From Chloroflexota bacterium (GTDB lineage Bacteria > Chloroflexota > UBA11872 > VXOZ01), in the NCBI GenBank assembly GCA_963663275.1, contig OY760183.1:2688001-2752000 (forward strand): a stretch of 64,000 nucleotides of DNA. The letters run 5' to 3'. Below are positions 26,653 through 36,251 of this stretch, in pieces (positions within the stretch are counted from its first letter, which is position 1; the number at the start of each line of letters is the position of its first letter). The position numbers were made by a program, and so were the translations under genes. The notes under the pieces were generated by a model. That model made no database searches. It saw only the letters and a program-made list of their open reading frames with translations, and was not told where the DNA came from.

Positions 26653-26814
26653 CAATGTTGTCGCATTGCACGCAATGCGAATGAAGACCACGCTCCTCTC
26701 TCCGGTAGCGCAGGTTTGTAACCTGCGTCTTCCGTAGGGCCTATCCATACCGTTCTCACTTGTCTTCCTCCGGCGGGGGACAAGCCCCCGCGCTACGTTT
26801 ACGCGAAAGCATAT
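26653..26814 (-). mobile_element. MITE type A, inverted and more decayed copy (162 bp)
   Basis: Reverse-complement homolog of 26442-26603 with the same length; ends and TSD degraded. Confidence 0.75.
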
Positions 26815-26949
26815 GGGCACTGCCGCCGCGACCGCGCCCTGCGACCCAACAGGCCCGTTTCCCTCGCTTGCGCCGCGCGTTCAGCGTGCCTAGAATAAAT
26901 CAAGAACACGAAAGCGCCAGGAAATCCTTTCAGCATTCAACGGGAGCGC

Positions 26950-28002
26950 ATGATGCCGGAATATCGAGTTGGTATCGTCGGCTGCGGCGCGCGGTCCACC
27001 GCCCACGCCGCCGGCTGGGCGGCAAACGAGAACGCGGCTATCGCGGCGGTGGCCGACCCCATTCAAGAGCGGCGCGACGCCCTGGCGGAGCAATACGGCG
27101 TTCCCCAGGCGCGGCGCTACCCGGACTTCGCGGACATGCTGGCCCACGCCGACCTTGACTTCATCTCGATCGCCACCAAGCCAGAGGTGCGGGAACCGGC
27201 GGTGGCGGCGGCGGTAGAAGCGGGCATCAAGGGCATCCTGTGCGAGAAGCCCATGGCGCTCAGCCTGGGCGAAGCGGGCCGCATCCACCGCGCCTGCGCC
27301 GGCAACCGCATACCCCTGGTGATCAATCACCAGAAGCGCCACCTCACCGAGTGGCAGCGCCTGGCCGCCATCTGCGCCCGGGGCGAACTCGGCGCAATCG
27401 AGCGCATCGAGGCCTCGTCATACGGCAATCTGGCCAGCCAGGGCACCCACGTGCTGGACATGGTCTTGCAGTTCGGCGGCGACGTGCAACCGCTGTGGGC
27501 AATCGGACAGAGCGTCGGCTGGCGCGACTACGTCGGCGCGCACGCCGGACCGCGCTACACCCTCGGCCAGTTCCGCTTCCCCAACGACATCACGGCCTAC
27601 GTGCAGATGGGCGACGAAGCGCCCCAGTTGCTGGGCCGCGAGGATTCCTGGATGCGCCTGCAACTGCGGGTGTGGGGCACGGAGGGACGCGGGCAGGTGG
27701 ATCTCCCCATCGGCACGCGCGTCTGGCGCAAAGGTGAATCCGAGCCGACGAGTTGGCCGGAATGCTGGACGGATGCGGCAAACCTCGCCGCTTCCCAGAT
27801 GAAACTCTCGCAGTCGGTCATCCGCTCCCATGAAGACGCCGCCTACGATCCGCCCGCAGGCGGCATCCGGCCGCTCTACAGCTTTGAAATGATCGAGGCG
27901 CTCTGCGCTTCCACCCAGACGCGGGAGATCGTCACGTGGCCCCTGCCCGCCTGGGAGCACTCGCCCATGCAGGCGCTCAAACCGGCGGACGCCCATGTTT
28001 GA
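26950..28002 (+). CDS. Gfo/Idh/MocA family oxidoreductase
   Basis: VGIVGCGARS, CEKPMA, NHQKR and QGTHVLD motifs. Confidence 0.9.
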   Translation: MMPEYRVGIVGCGARSTAHAAGWAANENAAIAAVADPIQERRDALAEQYGVPQARRYPDFADMLAHADLDFISIATKPEVREPAVAAAVEAGIKGILCEKPMALSLGEAGRIHRACAGNRIPLVINHQKRHLTEWQRLAAICARGELGAIERIEASSYGNLASQGTHVLDMVLQFGGDVQPLWAIGQSVGWRDYVGAHAGPRYTLGQFRFPNDITAYVQMGDEAPQLLGREDSWMRLQLRVWGTEGRGQVDLPIGTRVWRKGESEPTSWPECWTDAANLAASQMKLSQSVIRSHEDAAYDPPAGGIRPLYSFEMIEALCASTQTREIVTWPLPAWEHSPMQALKPADAHV

Positions 28003-28792
28003 CTACTTCGCGTCCAGCGTCGCCTTTGCGGAGCGGCCTTTTGCCGAAGCCTGCGCCGCGCTGCGTGAAATTGGCTGCAACGAGGTTGACATCTGGTCCG
28101 TGGCGAACTGGTGCGAGCACCTGCCGCCGGCAGACGTCAACCCGGATCTGGAGAGCGCGAAAGGCACGCTCGCCGCGCATCAGCTATCCTGCCGGGCAAT
28201 CTCGGCCTACGGCAAGGACTCCGACGCGATGCTGCTGGCGCGGCTCGAACACCTGGCCGCTCTCGGCGGGCAGACGCTCGTGCGCGGCAGCGGGCCGGAG
28301 GACATGACCGTGGCGGACTTTGCCCGCGCTTTCATGCCCTTCGTGCGGCGCGCCGAGGAACTGGGCGTGCAAATCGGCATCGAGAACCATCGCGGCTCCG
28401 TCATCAATAGCGTCGCCTCCATGCGGGAACTCCTGGCGCGCGTCGAGAGTCCCGCGCTGGGCATCGCCTTCGCGCCCATTCACGTCCACATCGCGGGAGA
28501 GGACATCGCGGAGGCTATTCACGCGGTCGCCGACCGCATCGCGCTCTGCTATGCGTGGGACTGGGGGCCGACCGCCGACAAGAACTGGAAAGACCCCCAG
28601 GAGCAAGTGCCCGGCACCGGCGTGATCGACTTTCACGCAATGTTCCGCGCGCTGCACGAGATCGGCTACCGGGACCCGCTCTGCCTCTTCGCCCACGGCC
28701 TGGAATACGAACGGTCGGAAGACGCCGTCGTCGCGCTGCGATCAGGACGAGCCTACTGCCAGCAAGTGGAGCGCGACCTTGGCCTCCGCTAA
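27995..28792 (+). CDS. Sugar phosphate isomerase/epimerase (xylose-isomerase-like TIM barrel)
   Basis: IGIENH and PGTGVIDF motifs; overlaps the upstream oxidoreductase. Confidence 0.82.
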   Translation: MFDYFASSVAFAERPFAEACAALREIGCNEVDIWSVANWCEHLPPADVNPDLESAKGTLAAHQLSCRAISAYGKDSDAMLLARLEHLAALGGQTLVRGSGPEDMTVADFARAFMPFVRRAEELGVQIGIENHRGSVINSVASMRELLARVESPALGIAFAPIHVHIAGEDIAEAIHAVADRIALCYAWDWGPTADKNWKDPQEQVPGTGVIDFHAMFRALHEIGYRDPLCLFAHGLEYERSEDAVVALRSGRAYCQQVERDLGLR

Positions 28793-29993
28793 CGGGGGCA
28801 CGGCTCCGGAGGCCGGCGTAGGCGCAAGCGCGGCCGCTTCGCCGGCAGCGCCGTCGTCCGCCGCCGATGCGCTCCAGACCGAATCCCCGGCCACCGCCAG
28901 CCCGCGCTTCCATGACCTGGACGCCCTGCGCGCCTCTGCGATGCTTCTGGGCATCGTCCTGCACGCCGGTCTCTTCTTCATACCCGGCATCTGGGCGGAT
29001 CCCTACTCTGCGGAGCAGTACCCCGACGAGGCCACGACGTTCTACTCGCTGGTATTCTTTGCGATTCACGGCTTCCGCATGCCCGTCTTCTTCCTGCTCA
29101 GCGGCTTCTTTACCGCGATGCTGTGGCGGAAGCGCGGGCTGCGCGGCCTGATCGTTCAGCGGCTGAATCGCATTGCGCTGCCCCTGGCCATCGGGGCGCT
29201 CACGGTCATACCGGTGACGACGTGGGCGTTCGTGTGGGCGTTCGACCTGGACGAGTTTTCGCTGCTCTGGTGGCCTTTCATTTGGCTCAGCACCTTCAGC
29301 CACCTCTGGTTCCTGTGGTCTCTCTTGTGGCTGGCGGCCGGCTTTTGCGCCGCCGCGAAGCTGGGCGTAAGGTTCACCCGCCCCTACGTGTGGTGGCTGG
29401 CGATTCCGCTCACCTGCGCGCTGCAATGGCTGATGGTGGAGCCGGTCTTCGGCCCCGATACCTCCGACACTCTGATACCCAATCCGGTCGTGCTTGGCTA
29501 CTACGCGCTCTTCTTCGCGTTCGGCGCTTTTGTCTACCAGCGGAAAGTGGTGGTAAGCCCGCGGTGGACGGTTCTGCTGCTACCCGCGCTGACGCTGGTG
29601 TTCTTCGGCGGCATGTCGCTGATGTACGACGTCGATGCCGCGTGGGCCAAACCGGCCGCGGCGGTCTTTCAAACCGGCTTTGCCTGGCTGATGTGCTTCG
29701 GACTGATGGGGCTATTCCGCTGGATTGCCTCCCGGGAACGGCACTGGGTGCGCTACGTGTCGGATTCGTCCTACTGGCTCTACCTGTGGCACCTGCCGCT
29801 GTTGGTGGTTTTATACCGCCTGTCGCTGGAGTGGCGGCTCAATATCCACCTGCACTTCGCGCTGCTCTTCTTCGCCGCAACCGCTATTCTCTTGGTCACG
29901 TACCAATTTGGCGTGCGCTACACCCCCATCGGCACGATGCTCAACGGCAAGCGTGTGCGCGGCACGACCACGGCCGGCGCCAAGCACGTCTAG
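28779..29993 (+). CDS. Acyltransferase family 3 membrane protein (OpgC/MdoC-like)
   Basis: RFHDLDALRA, HGFRMPVFFLLSGFF, HLWFL and SYWLYLWHLP motifs; multiple TM helices. Confidence 0.9.
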   Translation: MASANGGTAPEAGVGASAAASPAAPSSAADALQTESPATASPRFHDLDALRASAMLLGIVLHAGLFFIPGIWADPYSAEQYPDEATTFYSLVFFAIHGFRMPVFFLLSGFFTAMLWRKRGLRGLIVQRLNRIALPLAIGALTVIPVTTWAFVWAFDLDEFSLLWWPFIWLSTFSHLWFLWSLLWLAAGFCAAAKLGVRFTRPYVWWLAIPLTCALQWLMVEPVFGPDTSDTLIPNPVVLGYYALFFAFGAFVYQRKVVVSPRWTVLLLPALTLVFFGGMSLMYDVDAAWAKPAAAVFQTGFAWLMCFGLMGLFRWIASRERHWVRYVSDSSYWLYLWHLPLLVVLYRLSLEWRLNIHLHFALLFFAATAILLVTYQFGVRYTPIGTMLNGKRVRGTTTAGAKHV

Positions 29994-31042
29994 TCCAACG
30001 GCAAGTCAAGACCGAGTTCCACTGCCGCCTGCCGCATGGGTTCCCACACGATGCGCGGCAGCGTGTGCGTGCCGCGGGCGCGCGCTTCCCGCTCCAGGCG
30101 GCCGGCGCGCTCGCCGGGATAGAAGATTTCGTCCACGCCGGGCTGGCGGGGAGCGGCCTTGATCCTGGCAACGTATTCCGCCGCGCGCCGCATAAAGTCG
30201 GGGGGCGACATGAATAAGCTGGGGTCCATCACCAGGAGGAAGTGGCCAACTTTGCCGCTCTGCCCGCTCTCCGGGCCAAAGTCGGCGCCGGAAAGCACCC
30301 CGGCCAGCAACTCGGAGACCATTGCCAAGCCGTAGCCTTTGTGGTCGCCAAGCGGCACCAGCGTGCCGGTCAGCGCGGCCTGAGGGTCAACCGTGGGGTT
30401 TCCCTCCTCGTCCAATGCCCAGCCGGCGGGCAGGGGCGTGTCCGCCGCCGCGTGCATGCGCACTTTTGCGAACGAGGCCGAGGGCGCGATGTCGAGCACC
30501 AGCGGATCCTCCTCGCCGACGGGAACGCCAAAAGCCCAGGGATTGTTGCCCAGCATCCGGCCCAACCCGCCGGTAGGCGCCATGACCGCCTCGGCCACCG
30601 ACGTGCAGATGGCAATGTATCCCTCGCGGGCGGCGCGCAGCACGTAGTGCGCCGGGATGAAGAGGTGGCTGGAATTAAAGACACCGGCCACGCCGATGCC
30701 GCTCGTACCCGCCTTGATCAGGCATCGCTCCAGAGCGCGGGTACAGGCAATGCCGCCGAAGCCGTGATCGGCGTCCACCACCACGCTCAGCGGCGATTCC
30801 CGCAGCATGCGCACCTTGGGTTTCGGGTTGATCGTGCCCTTTCTCACCACCGGCGCGTAGTACGCCACCAGCCGCACCCCGTGACTGGCGTGGCCGCGCA
30901 ATTCCGCTTCCACCAGAATCCCCGCGAGCAACTCCGAGTTCCTGCGCGTCACGCCCATGGCCGCAAAGGCCGCGGCGCAAAACGCCTCCAAGTCCGCGAT
31001 CGCGATGGTACGCTCGTCACCCACGTTAACCTCCCCGCTCAT
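29990..31042 (-). CDS. Ldh_2 family oxidoreductase (malate/L-lactate/sulfolactate dehydrogenase-like)
   Basis: ELRGHASHG, LGNNP, HKGYGL and YPGE motifs; ATG overlaps the permease stop (ATGA). Confidence 0.9.
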   Translation of the reverse strand: MSGEVNVGDERTIAIADLEAFCAAAFAAMGVTRRNSELLAGILVEAELRGHASHGVRLVAYYAPVVRKGTINPKPKVRMLRESPLSVVVDADHGFGGIACTRALERCLIKAGTSGIGVAGVFNSSHLFIPAHYVLRAAREGYIAICTSVAEAVMAPTGGLGRMLGNNPWAFGVPVGEEDPLVLDIAPSASFAKVRMHAAADTPLPAGWALDEEGNPTVDPQAALTGTLVPLGDHKGYGLAMVSELLAGVLSGADFGPESGQSGKVGHFLLVMDPSLFMSPPDFMRRAAEYVARIKAAPRQPGVDEIFYPGERAGRLEREARARGTHTLPRIVWEPMRQAAVELGLDLPLD

Positions 31043-31950
31043 TCCTTTACAGACCCGGCGAGAATACCGCGCACGAAGTAGCGTTGCAAGCTGAAGAAGA
31101 TGACGAGCGGCAGCGCCATCGAGACGAATGCGCCCGCGGTAAGGAGTTGCCACTGCGACCCGAACGAGCTAACGAGATTGGTCAACGTCAGTGTCAGCGG
31201 CGCTTTATTGGGATCTTGCAGGTACACCAGCGCTACCAGCAGATCGTTCCAGACCCACAAGAATTGAAAGATCGCCAAAGACGCAATCGCCGGCGTGGAC
31301 AACGGCAGGACGATCCTGAAGAAGACGGCAAGCTCCGAAGCGCCGTCGAGATAGGCCGACTCGAGCATCGGTCGCGGCAACTGGCTGAAGAAACTATGGA
31401 GCAAGAAGATCGCGAAGGGGAGTCCGTACCCGGTGTGCGCCAGCCAAATGGCGGGGAACGTGCCTGCCAGATTGACAAGAGTGAAGAGCCGCAGCACGGG
31501 AATGATGGTCACCTGAACCGGCACGACCAACAGGGCAATCACCAGCAGCAAGATCAGCCGGCGGCCCGGAAATTGCATCCAGGCAAAGGCGTATGCCGCT
31601 AACGCCGCCACGAAGATCGGCAGCGCCGTCCCCGGCACGGCAATGATGATGCTGTTCACAAAGCTGCGCGCCATGTTGTTCTGGGTGAGCACGTCCGCGT
31701 AGTTCTGCAGCGTCACTTCCGTCGGATTCCTGAGGATGGTCCACCATCCCGAGGCGGTGACGGCGGTGCGCTCGCGGAACGAACTCACCAGGAGCGCAAA
31801 CGTCGGCGCAAACCAGAGCACGGCAAAGGCCGCCACAGCCGCATGTACCGGCAGACGGCGCATCCGGCGCGCGGCCCGCCGCGGCGGCGTAGTTTCCCCA
31901 GGAGTTTCCAAAGATGCGGTTTCGCCCGCGTGTTCTTCAGGATTACGCAT
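31039..31950 (-). CDS. Carbohydrate ABC transporter permease (MalG/AglG-like)
   Basis: EAA loop ESAYLDGAS, FLWVWNDLL and LQRYFVRG motifs. Confidence 0.93.
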   Translation of the reverse strand: MRNPEEHAGETASLETPGETTPPRRAARRMRRLPVHAAVAAFAVLWFAPTFALLVSSFRERTAVTASGWWTILRNPTEVTLQNYADVLTQNNMARSFVNSIIIAVPGTALPIFVAALAAYAFAWMQFPGRRLILLLVIALLVVPVQVTIIPVLRLFTLVNLAGTFPAIWLAHTGYGLPFAIFLLHSFFSQLPRPMLESAYLDGASELAVFFRIVLPLSTPAIASLAIFQFLWVWNDLLVALVYLQDPNKAPLTLTLTNLVSSFGSQWQLLTAGAFVSMALPLVIFFSLQRYFVRGILAGSVKE

Positions 31951-31955
31951 CACGC

Positions 31956-32846
31956 TCACTTCTCCTCTGACTGGAAGCGACGGATATTCACCAGCATGAT
32001 CGGGACGATTGCGAGCAGAAGAACGATGGCGAGCGCGCTCGCCCGGCCGAAGTGCCGGAACTCGAACATCTGCTTGAACATCAAGGTCGCCACCACGTCG
32101 GTGTTGAAGTTCCCGCCGGTCATGACCCAGACCAGGTCGAACTGCTTGAGCGCATTGATCGCGAGGGTAATGGCAACAACCGCAAGCGCCGGGTAGAGCA
32201 GCGGCAAGATGATGTAGCGAAACGTCTGCCACTCGTTGGCCCCGTCCGTGCGCGCCGCTTCGAGAACCTCCTCCGATACCCCTTTCAGCGCAGCCGAGAG
32301 AATGACCAAGGCAAACCCGGTCCACATCCATACGCCGGAGCCGATGATCGCGAAGTTGTTGATCTGAAACGGCTGCGGCAGGAAGTCCGGCCCGTTATCG
32401 ACCAGCCACGCGTTCGGACTGCCGCCCAGCGAAACCAGCAGCGCGTTGACCGTGCCAATCTGCTCGAAACCCGCAGGCTTGAAGGCGTACATGAATCGCC
32501 AGATTACGCCGGCGGCGACGAACGAAATCGCCATTGGAATGAAGATCGCCGCCTGCACGTACCGCTCGTAGCGCACGGTGTTGAGCAAGACCGCGATGAC
32601 GAGGCCCAATCCCACCGTGAGTCCGGTAAACAGCGCGAGCCAGAGCAGGTTATTGAGTATCGCCGCTTGCGTAGCCGGTTGGGTCAGCACGTACCCATAG
32701 TTGTCTAAACCCTCGAACCGGGTCGAATTGCCGTTCATGAAGCTGAGACGCAATGTGTCGAGCGTCGGATAGACGAGAAAGACGCCGAGGATGATCAGAG
32801 CCGGTGAAAGCCACAACCACGGCGCGTACCATTTTCGGCCTACCAT
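31956..32846 (-). CDS. Carbohydrate ABC transporter permease (MalF/AglF-like)
   Basis: GLDNY, EAARTDGANEWQ and FDLVWVMTGG motifs. Confidence 0.93.
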   Translation of the reverse strand: MVGRKWYAPWLWLSPALIILGVFLVYPTLDTLRLSFMNGNSTRFEGLDNYGYVLTQPATQAAILNNLLWLALFTGLTVGLGLVIAVLLNTVRYERYVQAAIFIPMAISFVAAGVIWRFMYAFKPAGFEQIGTVNALLVSLGGSPNAWLVDNGPDFLPQPFQINNFAIIGSGVWMWTGFALVILSAALKGVSEEVLEAARTDGANEWQTFRYIILPLLYPALAVVAITLAINALKQFDLVWVMTGGNFNTDVVATLMFKQMFEFRHFGRASALAIVLLLAIVPIMLVNIRRFQSEEK

Positions 32847-32867
32847 GAGCAAATCTCCTTCGTAGCA

Positions 32868-32908
32868 GAAAAGGGCAGTGGCCGCGCCGGGGCCGCCACT
32901 GCCCTTTC
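32868..32908 (-). terminator. Strong stem-loop between the SBP and permease genes (attenuating terminator or mRNA stabiliser)
   Basis: 13-bp stem AAAGGGCAGTGGC / GCCACTGCCCTTT, ending in a T run on the minus strand. Confidence 0.7.
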
Positions 32909-32930
32909 GATTGCCGGGACGGATACGCGG

Positions 32931-34229
32931 TTAGCCGGCCGCGTAGGCCTCCTGCGCGACGGCCTCGATCTCCGCCAGAATCGCGTCGAGATTGTCAGGA
33001 TTCTGGAGATAGTCGAGCACGCCTTTCCAGAAAGCCGCTTGCACCTCAGAGGGCATCGAGTCGTCGGCGTCGAAGCGATAGATGCTCGCCGTCGTCAACT
33101 GCTCGGCCGCTTGCGCCGCGAGCACGTCCGGATACGCCTCGAGGCTTACCTGATTGTTGACCGCGGTAAAACCGCCGCGCTCTACCCAGATCTGCTGTGC
33201 TTGCGCGCCGGCGAGGTGCTGCATCAGTGAGCGCGCGGCCGGCGTATCGCGCAGCATGACGATGACGTCGGCCCCGCCCGTAACGGCGCCGGCGTATGCC
33301 GGATCAATCGTCGGGAACGGGAAGAACGAGTAGTCCTCTCCCGCCACTTTGTCCGGGAATTGCTCGCTGATGAAACCTTGAGTAAAGCTGCCGAGATAGT
33401 ACATGCCGGCTTGCGGCGGGTCTTGGAACGGCAGGTGCGAGCCGTCGATGAAGTTCGTGGCGAGAACGGCTTGCGCGCCGCCGGGCACGTAGCCCTCCGT
33501 CAGCGCAATCTGCCCGAACTTCTCGAACGCCGACTTGACCACCGGGTCGGTCCAGGGAATCTCGTGCGCTACCCACTGGTCGTAGGCCTCCGGCCCGGAT
33601 TCATGCAACAGAATCTCGCCGATCCAGTCTGTGCCGGGCCAACCGCTGGCGCCGCCGCTCTCGACCGCAACCGACCAGGGCGCCAGCCCCGACGCCTTCA
33701 TCTGCTCGGAAAGGGCGATCATCTCGTCCCACGTCGCCGGCACGCTCCAGCCGTTTGCGGCAAAGACCTTAGGGCTATACCATATCGTGCCCTTGTTGGC
33801 CGCCTTGAAGAATATGGCGTAAAGATTGCCGTCCACCGTGCCCAGGTCCACCCACGCTTGCGAGTATTCCGCCGCCATCATGTCCATGTCCAGCACGCCG
33901 TCAAGCGGTATCAGCCTTCCTTCACTTGCCAGCGCGTGCATAAGGCCGGGATTAGGCAGGATCACGATGTCCGGCGGGTTCCCGGCTTCCAGCCGGCTCG
34001 TGAGCACCGCGTTCAGGTCGCGGGTGCCGGAAAATCCCATCGCATATCCGGTTTCCGCTTCCCACGGGGCGACGGCGGCCTGGAAGCTGGCGAGTTCGTC
34101 GCCGCCCCAGACACCGAGCACGTTCACCTGTTTCGACTCTTCAGCCGGCGCTACCCCGCAGCTCGCGAGGACCAATGAAAAGAACACAAAGACAGAGAGG
34201 GCACGCAGACACAACTTCGTGCGTCCCAT
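32931..34229 (-). CDS. Sugar ABC transporter substrate-binding lipoprotein (AglE alpha-glucoside-like)
   Basis: Lipobox LASC; GNPPDIVILPNPG, KGTIWY, ESGGASGWPGTDW and FDADDSMP motifs. Confidence 0.92.
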   Translation of the reverse strand: MGRTKLCLRALSVFVFFSLVLASCGVAPAEESKQVNVLGVWGGDELASFQAAVAPWEAETGYAMGFSGTRDLNAVLTSRLEAGNPPDIVILPNPGLMHALASEGRLIPLDGVLDMDMMAAEYSQAWVDLGTVDGNLYAIFFKAANKGTIWYSPKVFAANGWSVPATWDEMIALSEQMKASGLAPWSVAVESGGASGWPGTDWIGEILLHESGPEAYDQWVAHEIPWTDPVVKSAFEKFGQIALTEGYVPGGAQAVLATNFIDGSHLPFQDPPQAGMYYLGSFTQGFISEQFPDKVAGEDYSFFPFPTIDPAYAGAVTGGADVIVMLRDTPAARSLMQHLAGAQAQQIWVERGGFTAVNNQVSLEAYPDVLAAQAAEQLTTASIYRFDADDSMPSEVQAAFWKGVLDYLQNPDNLDAILAEIEAVAQEAYAAG

Positions 34230-34515
34230 GGCGAACTCCTTCCTCCTTACTACACCTACCTTGACGTATATTGCCTACCGCAGACCGAACGCCGGAATCA
34301 TAAGAGACTCCATGCCGTCAATCGCGGAGCATACCCAGACGTACTCTAGCACACGAAAAAGTTACTGACAACCCTCAAGTACGTGCGTTTTGCCGTTTAT
34401 TCCAAAGAGTGCTAACGGCGCATATCCACTGAAACGCGCTTCACAGCGCCGGGATGCCCCGCCGCGTTGCGCGCCCAGGCCACGCGCAAAGCGCGGACGC
34501 CAGCGGGGCGCCTCG

Positions 34516-35271
34516 TCAGGGCATCAGGATACCGCCGTCCACGTTGATGATCTGTCCCGTCATGTACGCGGATTGGTCCGAGCAGAGAAAGACCGCGAAC
34601 TGCGCAATATCCTCCACCGCGCCGATGCGGTCCAAGGGAATGTGTGGCATGATCTTCCGCTGCCAGCTTTCGGGAAGCGGCGCCGGCTTGGAGTCGATAA
34701 CCCCCGGCGCGATGCAGTTCACGCGAATCTCCGGCGCCCACTCCCGGGCCAATCGCTTGGTCAACATCACTAGGCCGGCCTTGGCGGTCGCGTAGTGTGC
34801 TCCCGTCTCATAGGCGGGATGCGGGCTGATGCCGCCCCCCGAGGCGATGTTGAGAATGACACCACCCTGCCGCGCCTGCATCACGCGCGCGGCGGCCTGG
34901 CAGAGCAGGAAGGGGCTTTGGAGATTGATCGCGTGCACCCGCTGCCACTCCTCAGGCGTAATCTCCAACGCGGGCTTGCCGCTGAAAACGCCCGCGTTGT
35001 TGACGAGGATGTCCACCGTGCCGAACGCCTCCAGGGCGGCGTCAACGATTTCCCGCGCCGCGGACACGTCTCGCAAGTCCGCCTGAACCACCGCCACACC
35101 GGCGTCCTGCGCTTCGATTGCGCGGCGTACCTCGTCCACGTACCGCCCCGAATTGTGGTAGTGCAGCACGACGCGCGCTCCATTGCGCGCCAGAGCCAGG
35201 GCAATCCCCCGGCCGATGCCGCGCGCGGCCCCGGTGACAAGCGCAACTTTGCCCTGTAAAGGCTGCGTCAT
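34516..35271 (-). CDS. Short-chain dehydrogenase/reductase
   Basis: TGAARGIG, NNAG, YATAK and NVDGG motifs. Confidence 0.93.
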   Translation of the reverse strand: MTQPLQGKVALVTGAARGIGRGIALALARNGARVVLHYHNSGRYVDEVRRAIEAQDAGVAVVQADLRDVSAAREIVDAALEAFGTVDILVNNAGVFSGKPALEITPEEWQRVHAINLQSPFLLCQAAARVMQARQGGVILNIASGGGISPHPAYETGAHYATAKAGLVMLTKRLAREWAPEIRVNCIAPGVIDSKPAPLPESWQRKIMPHIPLDRIGAVEDIAQFAVFLCSDQSAYMTGQIINVDGGILMP

Positions 35272-35371
35272 GCGCTCACTCGTTCCACTGTTTCTTGCCT
35301 GTTCGCCTGCGTGCGCGTACCATCTCCACTACGACTGCTTCCATAGATGCCATTCAGGAGGAGGAACTCCG

Positions 35372-36163
35372 TTGCTGCTTGCCGTTTCTGAAAACATGAT
35401 ACCTGGCGCGGGCTATGGCGAGAAACTCCGCTGCCTGCGTGAGGCCGGCTACGACGGCATCGAACTCTTCCCCGACATTGCCGGCCGGCATACCGCAGAG
35501 CTTAAGCAAGCCATGGCCGATACGGGCATCGTCGCGCCGAGCATGCGCGGCCGCACGCGCGACCTGCTGTCTGCCGATCCGTCCGCGCGCCGCGACCAGA
35601 TCGAGCGCCTGCGGGGTGTCTGCGCGCTGGCCGAGGAGTGCGGTGTGGGCGTGGTGGTCATCGTGCCCGTCTTTGGCGGCCCCAACCTGCCGGATTTGTC
35701 GCCGTGGCGTTCCGCTATCGAACTTGAAGAAGCCCTCCTGGATACGATCCTGCCTACAATCGGCGTGGTCGCGGCGGATCACGGCGTTACGCTGGTAATG
35801 GAGCCGCTCAACCGCTACGAGACCCACTATCTCAAAACCCTGGCGCACGGCGCGGCGCTTTGCCAACGCGCGCACCATCCCAGCGTGCGCGTCATGGCGG
35901 ATTTCTTCCACATGCACATCGAGGAGGCGGACGTAGCCGCGAGCCTTGCCGACAATCTGGCATACGTCAGCCACGTGCACCTGGCCGACAGCAACCGCGA
36001 CCTGCCAGGCAGAGGCCATACGGACTTCGCGCCCGCGTTCCGCGTGTTGAAGCAACGCAGCTTCAGCGGCGCGTTCGCGCTTGAGTGCTCGCGCCGGGGG
36101 TCGCCGGACTTCGGCCTGAAGGAAAGCGCCGCCTACATACGCGGCATTTGGCAGGCGGCCTGA
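35372..36163 (+). CDS. Sugar phosphate isomerase/epimerase (D-tagatose/psicose 3-epimerase-like)
   Basis: EPLNRYET, DFFHMHIEE and HVHLADSNRDLPG motifs; TTG at 35372 follows GGAGG. Confidence 0.9.
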   Translation: MLLAVSENMIPGAGYGEKLRCLREAGYDGIELFPDIAGRHTAELKQAMADTGIVAPSMRGRTRDLLSADPSARRDQIERLRGVCALAEECGVGVVVIVPVFGGPNLPDLSPWRSAIELEEALLDTILPTIGVVAADHGVTLVMEPLNRYETHYLKTLAHGAALCQRAHHPSVRVMADFFHMHIEEADVAASLADNLAYVSHVHLADSNRDLPGRGHTDFAPAFRVLKQRSFSGAFALECSRRGSPDFGLKESAAYIRGIWQAA

Positions 36164-36251
36164 GCGGCGACCGGATAGAGCCTCCGCGTGCAATTGCCTG
36201 GTCGGCAGTCTTGCCCCGGCCTAAGCCGCGGCGCGGCCTGCGGCGGCGGAT

